Part shown: positions 48,092 through 60,553 of the stretch, in pieces
How the letters are laid out: every line of letters begins with the position of its first letter
Numbering within the stretch: position 1 is the first letter of the stretch
From: Nitrospirales bacterium
GTDB lineage: Bacteria > Nitrospirota > Nitrospiria > Nitrospirales > UBA8639
NCBI GenBank assembly: GCA_029261355.1
Contig: JAJDBM010000017.1
Location: 17,736-81,735, forward strand
DNA length: 64,000 nucleotides
Direction: 5' to 3'
The notes under the pieces: generated by a model
The model's input: the letters and a program-made list of their open reading frames with translations, nothing else
Told to the model about the DNA's origin: nothing
Databases searched by the model: none
Translations under genes and position numbers: made by a program

Positions 48092-48283
48092 GCCTTTTGG
48101 GCCTTCTAGGTTCATTCCTTCTCCTTGCCCGACCCGTCCTGCCTCGTGACCTCACGGGACGTATCCACCATGCAACCTGGTTATGTCGATCGGGTCTTTT
48201 CTCTCAATGATTCAGGAAATCAATGAAAAAGATGGATGATTGTTTATGTGTTGTGTGGTTTCAGGCAACATATGGTTAGGCTT

Positions 48284-49138
48284 CTAACCATCGCCCCACT
48301 TCAGTTTATTTCGTAGGACGTCAAAATAGCTGCGACCGGGAAAGCGAATGAGTTGGGCCTGGTGTTTGCTGGCTTGGATGTTCACAACGTCACCTGATTG
48401 GATATCGAACCCTATTTGGCCGTCAAATGTGGCGATGGCATTTTCTTGACTCGTTAATGTGATAGAGATGGAAGCGTGGCTGGGAGCAATATAGGGACGG
48501 TGAGAGAGCGTATGTGGGCAAAGGGGATTGACGGTGAAGACTTCAAGTGAAGGGTCAAGGATCGGGCCATTTGCTGAAAGTGAATAGCCTGTTGACCCTG
48601 TTGGGGTAGCAATAATCAACCCATCTCCTCGTAGATTGGTCATGAACGAGTCATTAATAAAAACTTTGGTCGAGATCATTCGCGCTAAGTGACTTTTGTT
48701 CACGACAACATCATTGAGTGCGGCACTTTGGCCGATGATGTCTTGTCCCCGCTGAATGGAAGCCTGCAGCATGAGTCGTTTCTCAAGAATATAGTTGTCA
48801 GCAAATATGTGAGTCAGCGAGTCATAAATGCGATCGAGTGTCGTTTCCGTTAGAAACCCCAGTCCCCCAATATTAATGCCAAGAATCGGAACTGATCGTT
48901 TCTCGACTAATCGCGCCGCATGCAGGATGGTTCCATCTCCGCCGAATACCAATAATAGCTCAGCTTCCTTGGCAATGTGAGTGCGGTGGGTGTTTTTTGT
49001 ATTGGTGCGAAGTTCTTCCTTTGTTGGGGTGTCGAGAATCACAACCTTTTGATGATCTTCGAGCCATTTCACGATTGTGGTTAAGACTGGTTGAATATTA
49101 TCCGAATCAGGTTTGGTAAGAATTCCGATGATGTTCAC
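48284..49138 (-). CDS. nadK: NAD kinase
   Basis: 284 aa. Motif GGDGTIL. GTG start. Confidence 0.9.
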   Translation of the reverse strand: MNIIGILTKPDSDNIQPVLTTIVKWLEDHQKVVILDTPTKEELRTNTKNTHRTHIAKEAELLLVFGGDGTILHAARLVEKRSVPILGINIGGLGFLTETTLDRIYDSLTHIFADNYILEKRLMLQASIQRGQDIIGQSAALNDVVVNKSHLARMISTKVFINDSFMTNLRGDGLIIATPTGSTGYSLSANGPILDPSLEVFTVNPLCPHTLSHRPYIAPSHASISITLTSQENAIATFDGQIGFDIQSGDVVNIQASKHQAQLIRFPGRSYFDVLRNKLKWGDG

Positions 49139-49333
49139 GAATAGTCCAGGTTTGAGTTGTAGGAGGATCGTATATGGTTGACGCTGCTGATGGTAGTAAT
49201 TTGGTCGATGGAAGGCAAGTCTTAAACGTTATGGGAAAAACTTTCCTAGTTGAACTGAATGATTGCAATTTCTTGTGTCAATAGTGCGGAGGTGTGATTC
49301 TCCTTCAAAACCTGGCTGTTCAGTACTTTCGTC

Positions 49334-49363
49334 TTGACAGTTTTGCCATTCCCTGGATAGACT
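49334..49363 (+). promoter_or_regulatory. putative sigma-70 promoter of clpC
   Basis: TTGACA, 18-nt spacer, TAGACT. About 95 nt upstream of ATG 49457. Confidence 0.4.
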
Positions 49364-49456
49364 GAATTTATAAGTTGTTTTACGAGGATGAATGTAATTT
49401 TACTGGGCTCCTCGAACACACCCTTTTCTAAAAGGATGTGAGAGAACGGAGGGAAA

Positions 49457-51886
49457 ATGTTCGAACGATTCACGGACCGAGGCCGCAAGATTATCATTCT
49501 GGCGAGAGAAGAAGCCGAGCGCCATCAGAATGATTATTTAGGAACAGAACATTTAGTCTTGGCAATACTTCGTGAGTCTGATGGAATTGCCTTGATGATC
49601 ATTAAAAAGATGGGGCTGTCCCCAGAACAGATACGATTAGAAATTGAACGGAACTTACCAGGTGGCGGCACGACCGTGACGTTCGGTGAAATTCCATTCA
49701 GTCCACGTGTCAAAAAAGTTATTGAATATGGAGTTGAGGAAGCTCGACTGCTTGGACATAATCACATTGGGAGCGAACATCTCTTGCTAGGACTTCTTCG
49801 AGAAGAAGAGGGTATTGGCGGGAAGGTGCTTCGAAGCCTTGGGGCCAATTTACTCACCGCTCGACAGCTCACCGTGACGTTTCTACGCAAATCTGGATCC
49901 CGTGAAAGAGATAAGAAAAGTAGTACGCCTGCCTTAGATGAGTTTGGACGTGATCTCACTCAGCTCGCACAAGAGGCGTCACTGGATCCTGTGATTGGAC
50001 GGCAAGATGAAATTGAGCGAGTGCTTCAAATTCTCAGTCGCCGAACGAAAAACAATCCTGCGCTTATCGGTGAATCAGGCGTTGGGAAGACGGCGATTGT
50101 TGAAGGATTAGCACAACGAATTATTTCGTTGGATGTGCCTGACAATTTGCTGAATCGTCGCGTGATTGCACTTGACTTAGGTTCGCTAGTTGCTGGCACT
50201 AAATATCGTGGTCAATTTGAAGAGCGACTCAAGGTTGTCATGAAAGAGATTTCCCAGGCTGGGAATATCATTTTGTTTATTGATGAGTTACATACTCTTG
50301 TTGGCGCTGGAGCGGCAGAAGGGTCCATTGATGCGGCTAATATGCTGAAGCCGGCGTTATCACGTGGTGAAATTCAATGCATTGGTGCTACGACATTGGA
50401 TGAATATCGAAAGCATATTGAAAAAGATGGCGCGCTTAAAAGGCGCTTTCAGCCCATTTACGTTCAGCCGCCATCCGTGGACGAAACTATTCGAATTATT
50501 CAAGGCCTTCGAGATCGCTATGAAGAACATCATGGTGTGGAATATACAGACGAAGCCGTTACTGAAGCCGTCAAGCTGACAGACCGTTATATCACGGATC
50601 GGTTTTTACCAGACAAAGCGATTGACCTTATTGATGAGACTGGTTCGCGTGCAAAGTTGCAGTCCTATGTGTTACCGCCCGAACTCAAGTCTTTAGAACA
50701 AGAGTTGAAACGTGTGGCGCGCGAAAAAGAAGTGGCCATTGGCGTGCAAAACTTTGAAGATGCGGTCAAGTTTCGAGAAGAAGAAGAGCGGTTAAGGAAA
50801 TTGCTTGAAGATGCGAAGCGTGATTGGAAAAAGAATCAAGAGCAAAATAAACCGATCATTACAGGAGACGATGTTGGATTTGTCGTGTCAAAAATTACCG
50901 GCATTCCACTCTTTAAGCTTGAAGAAGAAGAGTCAGAGAAACTCTTGCATATGGAAGATTTTCTGCATAAACGGGTTGTCGGTCAAGATGAAGCCATCTC
51001 GGCTATTTCGCGTGCGATTCGTCGATCACGAGCTGGCCTGAAAGAAACCAAGAAGCCAATTGGTTCCTTTATTTTCCTTGGTCCAACAGGGGTTGGCAAA
51101 ACAGAGTTGGCGCGAGCCTTAGCAGGATTTCTGTTTAATACTGAAGATTCTTTGGTTCGAATTGATATGTCGGAATATCAAGAAAAGTTTACGAGTTCAC
51201 GTCTCTTTGGAGCCCCTCCAGGGTATGTGGGATATGAAGAAGGTGGGCAACTGACAGAAAAAGTCAGGCGCCGTCCCTATTCGGTTGTGTTATTTGACGA
51301 AATTGAAAAAGCGCATCCTGATATCTTTAATGTACTTCTGCAGGTATTAGACGACGGAGTGTTGACTGATAGTTTAGGACGAAAAGTTGACTTTAAAAAC
51401 ACCATACTCGTGATGACCTCAAACTTGGGAACAAAGTTGATTCAGAAAGGTGTGTCCCTAGGGTTCCAAAAAGAGGAAGAGTCAGCCCAAACGAATCGGC
51501 TTCAAGGTGAAGTCATGAGTGAACTAAAGCGAAACTTCAGTCCAGAGTTCTTAAACCGAATTGATGAATTTGTGGTTTTCCATCAATTGAATAAGACCCA
51601 CTTGGTTACGATCGTTGACATACTCATTAATGAACTCAATGCCCGTTTAGCTGATCGAGGAATTGAGTTAGATGTCAGTGACGAAGTGAAGCAATGGCTT
51701 ATTACGGAAGGGTATGACCCACAGTATGGCGCAAGGCCAATGCGGCGAACGATACAGAAGCGTTTGGGCGATCCTCTTTCCGAGGAGCTCATTAAAGGTC
51801 GATTTAAAGAGTCGCAGAAACTTAAGGTCGTGATGAATGAAAAAGAGCCTGTGTTTATTGAAGAAGAAGCCATGGCCAGCGTATAA
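49457..51886 (+). CDS. clpC: ATP-dependent Clp protease ATP-binding subunit ClpC
   Basis: 809 aa. Duplicated Clp_N repeats; two AAA modules ([16 protein letters not shown]); UVR-like linker ([28 protein letters not shown]). Confidence 0.9.
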   Translation: MFERFTDRGRKIIILAREEAERHQNDYLGTEHLVLAILRESDGIALMIIKKMGLSPEQIRLEIERNLPGGGTTVTFGEIPFSPRVKKVIEYGVEEARLLGHNHIGSEHLLLGLLREEEGIGGKVLRSLGANLLTARQLTVTFLRKSGSRERDKKSSTPALDEFGRDLTQLAQEASLDPVIGRQDEIERVLQILSRRTKNNPALIGESGVGKTAIVEGLAQRIISLDVPDNLLNRRVIALDLGSLVAGTKYRGQFEERLKVVMKEISQAGNIILFIDELHTLVGAGAAEGSIDAANMLKPALSRGEIQCIGATTLDEYRKHIEKDGALKRRFQPIYVQPPSVDETIRIIQGLRDRYEEHHGVEYTDEAVTEAVKLTDRYITDRFLPDKAIDLIDETGSRAKLQSYVLPPELKSLEQELKRVAREKEVAIGVQNFEDAVKFREEEERLRKLLEDAKRDWKKNQEQNKPIITGDDVGFVVSKITGIPLFKLEEEESEKLLHMEDFLHKRVVGQDEAISAISRAIRRSRAGLKETKKPIGSFIFLGPTGVGKTELARALAGFLFNTEDSLVRIDMSEYQEKFTSSRLFGAPPGYVGYEEGGQLTEKVRRRPYSVVLFDEIEKAHPDIFNVLLQVLDDGVLTDSLGRKVDFKNTILVMTSNLGTKLIQKGVSLGFQKEEESAQTNRLQGEVMSELKRNFSPEFLNRIDEFVVFHQLNKTHLVTIVDILINELNARLADRGIELDVSDEVKQWLITEGYDPQYGARPMRRTIQKRLGDPLSEELIKGRFKESQKLKVVMNEKEPVFIEEEAMASV

Positions 51887-51924
51887 GTCAAAATAGAAGC
51901 CTCTGACTGAGTTTTAAAAAACAG

Positions 51925-51957
51925 ACGACCCTCAGGATCCTTGATCCTGAGGGTCGT
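51925..51957. terminator. 15-bp perfect hairpin after clpC
   Basis: ACGACCCTCAGGATC-CTT-GATCCTGAGGGTCGT, flanked by AAAAAA upstream and GGTGTTT downstream. The T-tract is weak. Confidence 0.6.
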
Positions 51958-52087
51958 GGTGTTTATAGAGGTTTGGAGTGCGTCTGAGCTATACTTTCTA
52001 TTGAGGATACAAATCCCGTCCGTCACTCTGCATACAAACATTTATTGTTGCTGTTGGTTTGAAAAGTTTGTTTTGAAATACGATGGT

Positions 52088-53176
52088 ATGATTTCTCGTT
52101 CAGGCCCTATTCTTGGCATTGAAACATCTTGTGATGAAACGGCCGCAGCCGTGGTCTCGCATGATGGGCAAATCTTATCCAATGTACTAGACTCACAAGT
52201 TGACGTACATACGGAGTATGGAGGGGTCGTTCCTGAACTTGCCTCACGTCGTCATATTGAAACCATCGAAACGATTGTTTCTCGAGCCATGATCCAGGCA
52301 AATACGGCTATGCAAGACTTACAGGCCATCGCTGTTACGAATGGTCCAGGTTTGGCGGGCGCACTTCTTGTGGGAGTGAATTTTGGAAAAGCATTAGCTT
52401 ATTCATTACAGCTTCCACTTCTTGCGGTGAATCATCTTAAGGGGCATTTAGCATCGACCTGGATCGAACAGCCTGACTTTCCAAGAGAATCGATGATGTT
52501 GGTCGTATCTGGCGGACATACTCATCTATTTCTGACAGCAAACCCTGGGCAGTATCAATTACTAGGAAAGACCATAGACGATGCAGCTGGCGAGGCATTT
52601 GACAAAGGTGCCAAAATGTTGGGCCTACGCTATCCAGGTGGGCCAATTATTGATCGACTCGCAAAGAATGGATCAACAAAGGCTGTTCATTTTCCTCGCC
52701 CCTACCTTAATCGTGGAGGACTAGACTTTAGTTTCAGCGGACTGAAAACAGCCTTGCTGTACTATTTGCGTGATGCAAAAAGAGAGGGGCATTCAGTGCC
52801 GACTTTGGAAGATATTGCCGCGAGTTATCAGGAGGCGATTGTTGATGTGTTAGTCGAAAAATCATTTCGAGCCGTGCGTAAATATCACGCCAAAGGTCTC
52901 GCGGTCGTGGGGGGAGTTGCGGCGAATAGTCGGCTTCGTGAACGATTGCAAGAGAGAGGATTAAAGGTCGGGGTACCTGTTGCCTTGCCGTCGATTGCTC
53001 TTTGTACGGATAATGCAGTGATGATTGCTGCAGCGGGATGGGAGCAGTTTCGGTTAGGGCATGTGGCATCTTGGGATTTAGATACGGAAGTCGGATCGGC
53101 AGTGGTCACTAAGATGAATGAGCCAATGATGTCTGACATAAAACCTTATTCAGACGCTTTGCAGAGGGAGGCTTAA
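52088..53176 (+). CDS. tsaD: tRNA N6-adenosine threonylcarbamoyltransferase TsaD
   Basis: Starts MISRSGPILGIETSCDETAAAVV and carries the HxxxH metal-site context (NHLKGHL). The track start 51941 runs through the clpC terminator and is rejected. Confidence 0.9.
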   Translation: MISRSGPILGIETSCDETAAAVVSHDGQILSNVLDSQVDVHTEYGGVVPELASRRHIETIETIVSRAMIQANTAMQDLQAIAVTNGPGLAGALLVGVNFGKALAYSLQLPLLAVNHLKGHLASTWIEQPDFPRESMMLVVSGGHTHLFLTANPGQYQLLGKTIDDAAGEAFDKGAKMLGLRYPGGPIIDRLAKNGSTKAVHFPRPYLNRGGLDFSFSGLKTALLYYLRDAKREGHSVPTLEDIAASYQEAIVDVLVEKSFRAVRKYHAKGLAVVGGVAANSRLRERLQERGLKVGVPVALPSIALCTDNAVMIAAAGWEQFRLGHVASWDLDTEVGSAVVTKMNEPMMSDIKPYSDALQREA

Positions 53177-53208
53177 TAATTCCAGTCATTGTCGGAAACC
53201 TACATGGA

Positions 53209-54885
53209 TTGAAAGCCAATCAAATTAGTCGGATAGAGCATCTTTACCGTCGACGTATTCCAGTCGACAAAGTGGTTTCGGTTGAAGTGGCGCAGGCTTG
53301 TGCCGAGCTGACATTTGAAACGAGAAGGCAAATTGGCCTGCTGATCGACCGGCAAGGTCATATTCAATCAGTCATTATTGGCAATGACCATGAATTAGAA
53401 ATTCCTCACTTGTCTCGTAGTCGATCAGGCTTGAAATTATTGCGGGGAGTTCGGCTTGTTCACACTCATCTTAAAAACCAGGCGCTCACACGTGACGACT
53501 TGACAGACTTAGCCCTTCTTCGCCTCGATCTGATCATGGCGATTGGCGTGAGTCAGGAGGGAGTTGCGCGAGATGTCTATGTCGCTCACCTGTTGCCTCA
53601 GTCCATCAATGGGAAGTCGCATCGAGAGCTTGTGCCCTGTTCGCTGCATCAATTTGAGCTTGATTGCCAAAACTTCATTCAGTCGCTCGAGAATGAATGT
53701 ACACGGACGAACGTGGCCTTGCACAAGGGCCAACAGGCATCGCGGGCCATTCTCGTGAGCGTCTCAACAGAAAGCGCTGTCAAGCGCCATGAGCATCTTG
53801 AAGAATTACGCGAACTGGTTCGAGCCAGTCAGATTGACGTTGTTGATGCGGTGGTGCAACGACCTCATGACCTTCATCCCAAATATGTCATGGGTGTTGG
53901 GAAATTAAAAGAAGTGATTATTCAGGCCTTACAAGCTGGAGCCGAATGGCTTATTTTTGATCGAGACCTTACTCCGGGGCAGGTTCATGGGATCTCTGAA
54001 CTAACCGAATTACGAGTACTAGATCGGACGCAAGTCATTTTGGATATATTTGCTCAACGGGCTCATTCGAGAATTGGAAAGGTGCAAGTGGAACTTGCAC
54101 AATTACGATATCGTCTTCCCCGATTATCTCAGTCCAATACCGCATTTTCTCGTTTGGCTGGTGGAATAGGATCACGAGGGCCTGGAGAGACGAAACTCGA
54201 AACGGATCGACGTCGTGCGCGTGACCGTATTCGGAGGCTTGAAAAAGAGCTTGAGACGGTTTCTCGTGGGCGTGATCAGCAACGAAATATGAGAAGTCGA
54301 AATGCGACGCCTGTTATTTCTCTGGTGGGCTATACGAACGCGGGAAAATCAACATTACTGAATGCGTTAACCGGGAGTTCAGAATCGACTCGTGATCGTG
54401 TATTTGAGACCCTCGATACGGTGAGTCGCCGCTTCTATGTCCCCGGTCGAGGTGAAGTGATAGCTACGGATACCGTCGGGTTCATTCGGCAATTGCCTGA
54501 AGACCTAGTTTCCGCATTTCAAACGACACTCCATGAGTTAGAATATGCTACGCTGCTGTTGCATGTTGTTGATGCGAGTACCCCGGACCCAGACCGTCAT
54601 ATAAACGCGGTTGAAACTATTCTTTCTCAATTGGATTTTGATCAGGTCCCACGGTTAATGGTTCTCAATAAATGTGATTTGCTCCCACAGGAAGTTGTTG
54701 AACGTTTGTGTCATCGATATCGAGCCATTGCTATTTCTTCCATACAAAAAGACACAGTGGTCCGGGTACGTGAAGCCGTATCATACATGCTGAACAGATT
54801 AGAGCGAGAAGGAGGAGGAACGAACAAAATTCCAACTCTGAAGGGACAAGGGCCGACGGATTTTTCCGTTGCGACGGTCTGGTGA
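53209..54885 (+). CDS. hflX: GTPase HflX (long N-terminal form)
   Basis: 558 aa. G1 GYTNAGKST, G3 DTVGF, G4 NKCD. TTG start as given by the track; about 120 aa extra at the N-terminus. Confidence 0.9.
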   Translation: MKANQISRIEHLYRRRIPVDKVVSVEVAQACAELTFETRRQIGLLIDRQGHIQSVIIGNDHELEIPHLSRSRSGLKLLRGVRLVHTHLKNQALTRDDLTDLALLRLDLIMAIGVSQEGVARDVYVAHLLPQSINGKSHRELVPCSLHQFELDCQNFIQSLENECTRTNVALHKGQQASRAILVSVSTESAVKRHEHLEELRELVRASQIDVVDAVVQRPHDLHPKYVMGVGKLKEVIIQALQAGAEWLIFDRDLTPGQVHGISELTELRVLDRTQVILDIFAQRAHSRIGKVQVELAQLRYRLPRLSQSNTAFSRLAGGIGSRGPGETKLETDRRRARDRIRRLEKELETVSRGRDQQRNMRSRNATPVISLVGYTNAGKSTLLNALTGSSESTRDRVFETLDTVSRRFYVPGRGEVIATDTVGFIRQLPEDLVSAFQTTLHELEYATLLLHVVDASTPDPDRHINAVETILSQLDFDQVPRLMVLNKCDLLPQEVVERLCHRYRAIAISSIQKDTVVRVREAVSYMLNRLEREGGGTNKIPTLKGQGPTDFSVATVW

Positions 54886-55592
54886 AGTCCTCTCAAGTGG
54901 TTTCTCTACAGGACGTGCGACCGGTCAGAAAAAGAAAAAAGACCATTTCACGAACGGTGAAACTCCGGGCCCAAACCATTCTCAAGATATTGGAGAAGGT
55001 GATCCCAATTCCTGTAGTGGAATTAGCGTCTTCCAATCCACTTGAATTGTTGATTGCCACTATTCTTTCAGCACAATGTACCGATGCGCGAGTGAATAAA
55101 GTCACTCCTGCCTTATTCGCACGATATCACTCTGCTCAAGAATATGCGGATGCTGAGCCCGCAGAGCTTGAAGATCTGATTCGTTCAACTGGATTTTATA
55201 AAAATAAAGCTAAAAATATTATGGCCTCTGGGAAGGCCATCACGACACGTTTTCATGGCACTGTCCCTCATACCATGGATGAATTGACGACGTTGCCTGG
55301 AGTCGGGAGAAAGACGGCGAATGTGATGTTAGGGAGTGTGTTTGGTGAGCCTGCCGTGGTGGTGGATACTCATGTGAAGCGAGTCTCAAATCGACTGCAA
55401 TTGACAGTTAGTGATGATCCAACCGTCATAGAATATGATCTCCAGCAGTTGTTACCAAAAGCTCAATGGACGGTTGGAGCCCAACGGTTACTCCTACATG
55501 GCCGGTACGTCTGCCTTGCACGTCTTCCAAAATGTGAGGAATGTGCGATTTTTCTCAATTGTCCGTGGAAAGGAAAGTCATCCGTATCATGA
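54882..55592 (+). CDS. nth: endonuclease III
   Basis: HhH-GPD motif LPGVGRKTANV. 4Fe-4S ligands C-x6-C-x2-C-x5-C (CLARLPKCEECAIFLNC). GTG start overlapping the hflX stop. Confidence 0.9.
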   Translation: MKSSQVVSLQDVRPVRKRKKTISRTVKLRAQTILKILEKVIPIPVVELASSNPLELLIATILSAQCTDARVNKVTPALFARYHSAQEYADAEPAELEDLIRSTGFYKNKAKNIMASGKAITTRFHGTVPHTMDELTTLPGVGRKTANVMLGSVFGEPAVVVDTHVKRVSNRLQLTVSDDPTVIEYDLQQLLPKAQWTVGAQRLLLHGRYVCLARLPKCEECAIFLNCPWKGKSSVS

Positions 55593-56464
55593 AAAGTATG
55601 ACAGGATTTGGCAAACGTGAGACTGAGTGGAAGGGGATATCTGTTGGGGTCGAACTCAAGTCAGTGAATCATCGATTTTGTGAAGTGGTCGCAAGGCTGC
55701 CTCGGAGTTTGGCTGGTTCAGAGGAAGAATTCAAGCAACTGATTCATCGTCAATGTGTGCGTGGGCGGATAGAGTTCACGGTCTCAATGAATGTGAAAAG
55801 TCACCGTCAAAAATCTATGATGCTTGATCGTTCAGCGGCACGTGAATATCATCGATTGTTGAAAGAATTGCAACGCGAGCTTCGCCTTGATGGTCAAATC
55901 GATGTCAATTTGATTGCAAGCTTACGAGATGTCTTTGTCGTCAATGATCAAAGTGTTGAAGAAAAAGACACAAAAAATGTCGTTGTGCGTCTTACGAAAG
56001 GCGCGTTGACTGATATGGATAAGATGAGAGCGCGTGAGGGAAAGGCGTTATTCGATGATATCTTGAAACGTCTACAGGCGATTCGTCTGGCCTTGAAGTC
56101 AATAGAGCGACGGGCTCCCCACAGTGTGCAAGAGCATTTTGAGCGTATGAAAAAGCGGGTAGCAAAATTATTAGGGGAAAATCCATCGAATCCCGATCGT
56201 CTCCATCAAGAACTCGCGACCTATGCCGATCGTTGTGATATAACAGAAGAATTGACAAGGCTAGCGAGCCACTTGGCACAATTTCAAGAATCGAGTAAAG
56301 CGAAAGAGGCCATTGGCCGTCGTCTTGACTTCCTGCTACAGGAGATGGGGCGAGAGATTAATACTATCGGTTCTAAAGCCAATGACGCAGAAATTGCTCT
56401 TCATGTTGTTGTCGTTAAAAGCGAACTCGAAAAGATCCGCGAGCAGATTCAGAATGTTGAATAA
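55589..56464 (+). CDS. yicC: YicC-family stress-induced protein
   Basis: Starts MKSMTGFGKRE and has the C-terminal DUF1732-like LDFLLQEMGREINTIGSKA. ATGA overlap with nth. Confidence 0.85.
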   Translation: MKSMTGFGKRETEWKGISVGVELKSVNHRFCEVVARLPRSLAGSEEEFKQLIHRQCVRGRIEFTVSMNVKSHRQKSMMLDRSAAREYHRLLKELQRELRLDGQIDVNLIASLRDVFVVNDQSVEEKDTKNVVVRLTKGALTDMDKMRAREGKALFDDILKRLQAIRLALKSIERRAPHSVQEHFERMKKRVAKLLGENPSNPDRLHQELATYADRCDITEELTRLASHLAQFQESSKAKEAIGRRLDFLLQEMGREINTIGSKANDAEIALHVVVVKSELEKIREQIQNVE

Positions 56465-56503
56465 TCACAAATAACCCTAGTATGTGTCTGAAAGTTCTCA
56501 TTC

Positions 56504-57133
56504 ATGTCGCGTAATGGTATGTTGGTTATCCTCTCCGGGGCCTCTGGGGTGGGGAAATCGACGTTATGCAAACACATCATCAGTTCCATTCCTGATATTC
56601 AGCTGTCCGTGTCGTATACCACGCGACCGATACGATCTGGCGAAGAACATGGGAGGGAATACTGGTTTGTGAATGAAGAGACATTTCGTCGTATGATTGA
56701 TCAGCAGGCATTTCTTGAATGGGCCGAAGTTTATGGGAATTTGTATGGGACTCCACGACGGGAACTCATGCAATTGCAAGATACTGGCATTGATGTCATT
56801 TTGGATATCGATATTCAAGGTGCGAAAAATGTCATGACTAATGCCGAGGATGTCGTGTCGGTTTTTCTCATGCCACCGTCGTTAGAGGTTCTCAAGTCTA
56901 GACTTGAGGCTCGGGGTACGGATGATGCTGAGGTTGTCGAACGTCGGTTCCAGAAAGCGCAAACAGAAATGGCGCATCATGTTGAATATGAATATACCAT
57001 GCGGAATGGTAGTCTTGAGCAAGCAATCAGGGAATTTGAGTCTATTGTGCTGGCTGAACGTGTTCGGACGAAACGACTTGATCACGCTTGGCTGTCCCGG
57101 TATGGTCTCATAGATAAAGAAGTCATAGAGTAA
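56504..57133 (+). CDS. gmk: guanylate kinase
   Basis: 209 aa. P-loop GASGVGKST. Conserved yicC-gmk-rpoZ-coaBC order. Confidence 0.95.
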   Translation: MSRNGMLVILSGASGVGKSTLCKHIISSIPDIQLSVSYTTRPIRSGEEHGREYWFVNEETFRRMIDQQAFLEWAEVYGNLYGTPRRELMQLQDTGIDVILDIDIQGAKNVMTNAEDVVSVFLMPPSLEVLKSRLEARGTDDAEVVERRFQKAQTEMAHHVEYEYTMRNGSLEQAIREFESIVLAERVRTKRLDHAWLSRYGLIDKEVIE

Positions 57134-57175
57134 AACTGTTCAGTAACTTCAGGAGAGAGAAGGGAAACGAATCTC

Positions 57176-57589
57176 ATGATCGATGCATTATCTTTACTTC
57201 CAGAACACCATCAGAAGCAATTTGATTCTCGCTTTCGTATTGTCTTAATTGCCGCGCAACGGGCAAAACATATTATGCGGGGTGCCCCAACTCCAGGTTC
57301 GAGTAAATTTATTAAGGAGACTTCTTCGGCATTAGAGCAAGTATTAAATGGTGAGGTGAACTACTACATGGGCGAAGAAGCACGTGAAGCGATCAAGCAG
57401 GCCAAAGGCTCTGGTGAGCGAGAGTTTGACCCAGCTCTTTTGGCGCAAGCGGATGAAAATGCCAAAGAAATACAAAAAGAATTAAGCGTCTATATTGATG
57501 ATAGTCCTAAGACTGAAGATTCGGGAGTCGAAGAAGCTGTCACTGATGAAGTCGTTGCTGAAGATAGCGTGGCAGGCGAAAGCGTTTAA
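57176..57589 (+). CDS. rpoZ: DNA-directed RNA polymerase subunit omega (acidic C-terminal extension)
   Basis: N-terminus SRFRIVLIAAQRAKHIM is typical of omega. 137 aa with an E/D-rich tail. Confidence 0.85.
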   Translation: MIDALSLLPEHHQKQFDSRFRIVLIAAQRAKHIMRGAPTPGSSKFIKETSSALEQVLNGEVNYYMGEEAREAIKQAKGSGEREFDPALLAQADENAKEIQKELSVYIDDSPKTEDSGVEEAVTDEVVAEDSVAGESV

Positions 57590-57600
57590 GCCGGACGTTC

Positions 57601-58839
57601 ATGATGGACTTGAGATTACGTGGAACACGAGTACTTCTGGGAGTCACAGGGAGTATTTCGGCCTATAAAGCTGTTCACTTACTCAGGACGTTCATGAGTC
57701 ACGGTGCTGATGTTTCAGTCGTGATGACACAGGCTGCCACTCAATTTGTCACACCACTCACGTTTGAAGTTTTATCAAAGCATGCTGTAGCTACTGATCT
57801 ATTTACCGGCCATGAGAACATGCCTCACCTATCATTGCCAGAATCAGCAGACATTATTGTTCTGGCACCTTGTACGGCAAATACCATCGCGTCCTATGCC
57901 TTAGGCTTAGCGAATGACTTGCTAAGTACATTATTACTCACCACGCAATGTCCCGTGGTGATCGCTCCGGCAATGGATGGGGATATGTGGGAGCATGCAG
58001 CGATCAAAGGACATGTTCAGGTCCTGAGAGAACGAGGGGTTGTGGTGTTGGAGCCAGAGGTTGGCGAATTAGCTTCTGGAAAGATTGGGCGTGGACGTCT
58101 GCCAGAAGAAAAAACCATTCTCAATGCTGTTGTTGAAACAATTCGTTCATTCAATGATTTGGCCGGGCATCGAATGCTCATCTCTGCTGGCCCAACACGT
58201 GAACCTCTGGATGCCGTGCGATTTCTTTCCAATGGTTCCTCTGGGAAAATGGGTTATGCCCTCGCTCGTGCTGCAGAAGCAAGAGGAGCGGAGGTGATTC
58301 TGGTGAGTGGGCCAACGAACCTCGATGTTCCATTTGGTGTTGAATTAATTGCGGTGAATACCGCAGAAGAAATGTTCCAAGCTCTGCTCTCACGGTTTGA
58401 TTCATCCACCGTGTTGATGATGACCGCCGCAGTTGGTGATTTTCGGCCGCGATATGTGCTCGATCAGAAATTCAAGAAACGTCAGTGGAACGGAGAGCCC
58501 TTAGAGTTGGAACCTACCACTGATATTCTTTCGGCCCTCTCTGCACGGAGAACGGAGCAGGTCTTGGTTGGGTTTGCTGCAGAAACGAATGATCTCATTG
58601 CGAACGGGAAGGAAAAATTACAAAAGAAACGTTTAGATATGGTGATTGTGAATCAAGTTGGTGGCCCTGACTCTGCATTTGGCAATGACACCAATGAAGT
58701 GGCCATTCTGACAAAAAATGGTCAGGTCAATCAGCTTCCTCGATTGGCCAAGCACGTATTGGCCGATAAAATTTTAGACGAAATCCATACGTTTACCGCT
58801 TCTTCCACTGTGACTCCACACGAATCACTCTCACAATAA
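57601..58839 (+). CDS. coaBC: bifunctional phosphopantothenoylcysteine decarboxylase / phosphopantothenate-cysteine ligase
   Basis: 412 aa. Flavoprotein motif GVTGSISAYKA and a C-terminal DFP domain. Confidence 0.95.
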   Translation: MMDLRLRGTRVLLGVTGSISAYKAVHLLRTFMSHGADVSVVMTQAATQFVTPLTFEVLSKHAVATDLFTGHENMPHLSLPESADIIVLAPCTANTIASYALGLANDLLSTLLLTTQCPVVIAPAMDGDMWEHAAIKGHVQVLRERGVVVLEPEVGELASGKIGRGRLPEEKTILNAVVETIRSFNDLAGHRMLISAGPTREPLDAVRFLSNGSSGKMGYALARAAEARGAEVILVSGPTNLDVPFGVELIAVNTAEEMFQALLSRFDSSTVLMMTAAVGDFRPRYVLDQKFKKRQWNGEPLELEPTTDILSALSARRTEQVLVGFAAETNDLIANGKEKLQKKRLDMVIVNQVGGPDSAFGNDTNEVAILTKNGQVNQLPRLAKHVLADKILDEIHTFTASSTVTPHESLSQ

Positions 58840-59203
58840 GTCATGTTTCAAAATCTATTTTGTGAGAAACATGTAGATGTCGCTCAATGGGTTCCATTGA
58901 GGGAACATTATTCCTTACCGCCTATCTCTCTAGCCAGTCTGTATAAGCATTGGTCTTTTGTTGAAGACTGATCGAATACATCTAATATTTTCCCATCCCT
59001 GACAAAAATATTGCGATTGATCAGATGTGAAATTTTTGATTTGCTTCAAGCAACATTCTTGTTTCATACGAGAATTTCTATTCAAATGAATCAAAGTCGT
59101 GCTCAATAAAGATGATTGGCTAAAGTTTATCATGCTTGCAACCGAATAAGACTATAGGAGTTCAGAGATGAACACCTTAATTCTCACATCTCAGGTGTAC
59201 TGA

Positions 59204-60552
<1,349 letters not shown>

Positions 60553-60553
<1 letters not shown>

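Noticed and set aside
51583-52041. 152-aa minus-strand ORF spanning the clpC 3' end and the terminator.
   Set aside because: It is antisense to clpC and runs through a 15-bp terminator hairpin. No family resemblance, so it is a frame artefact.
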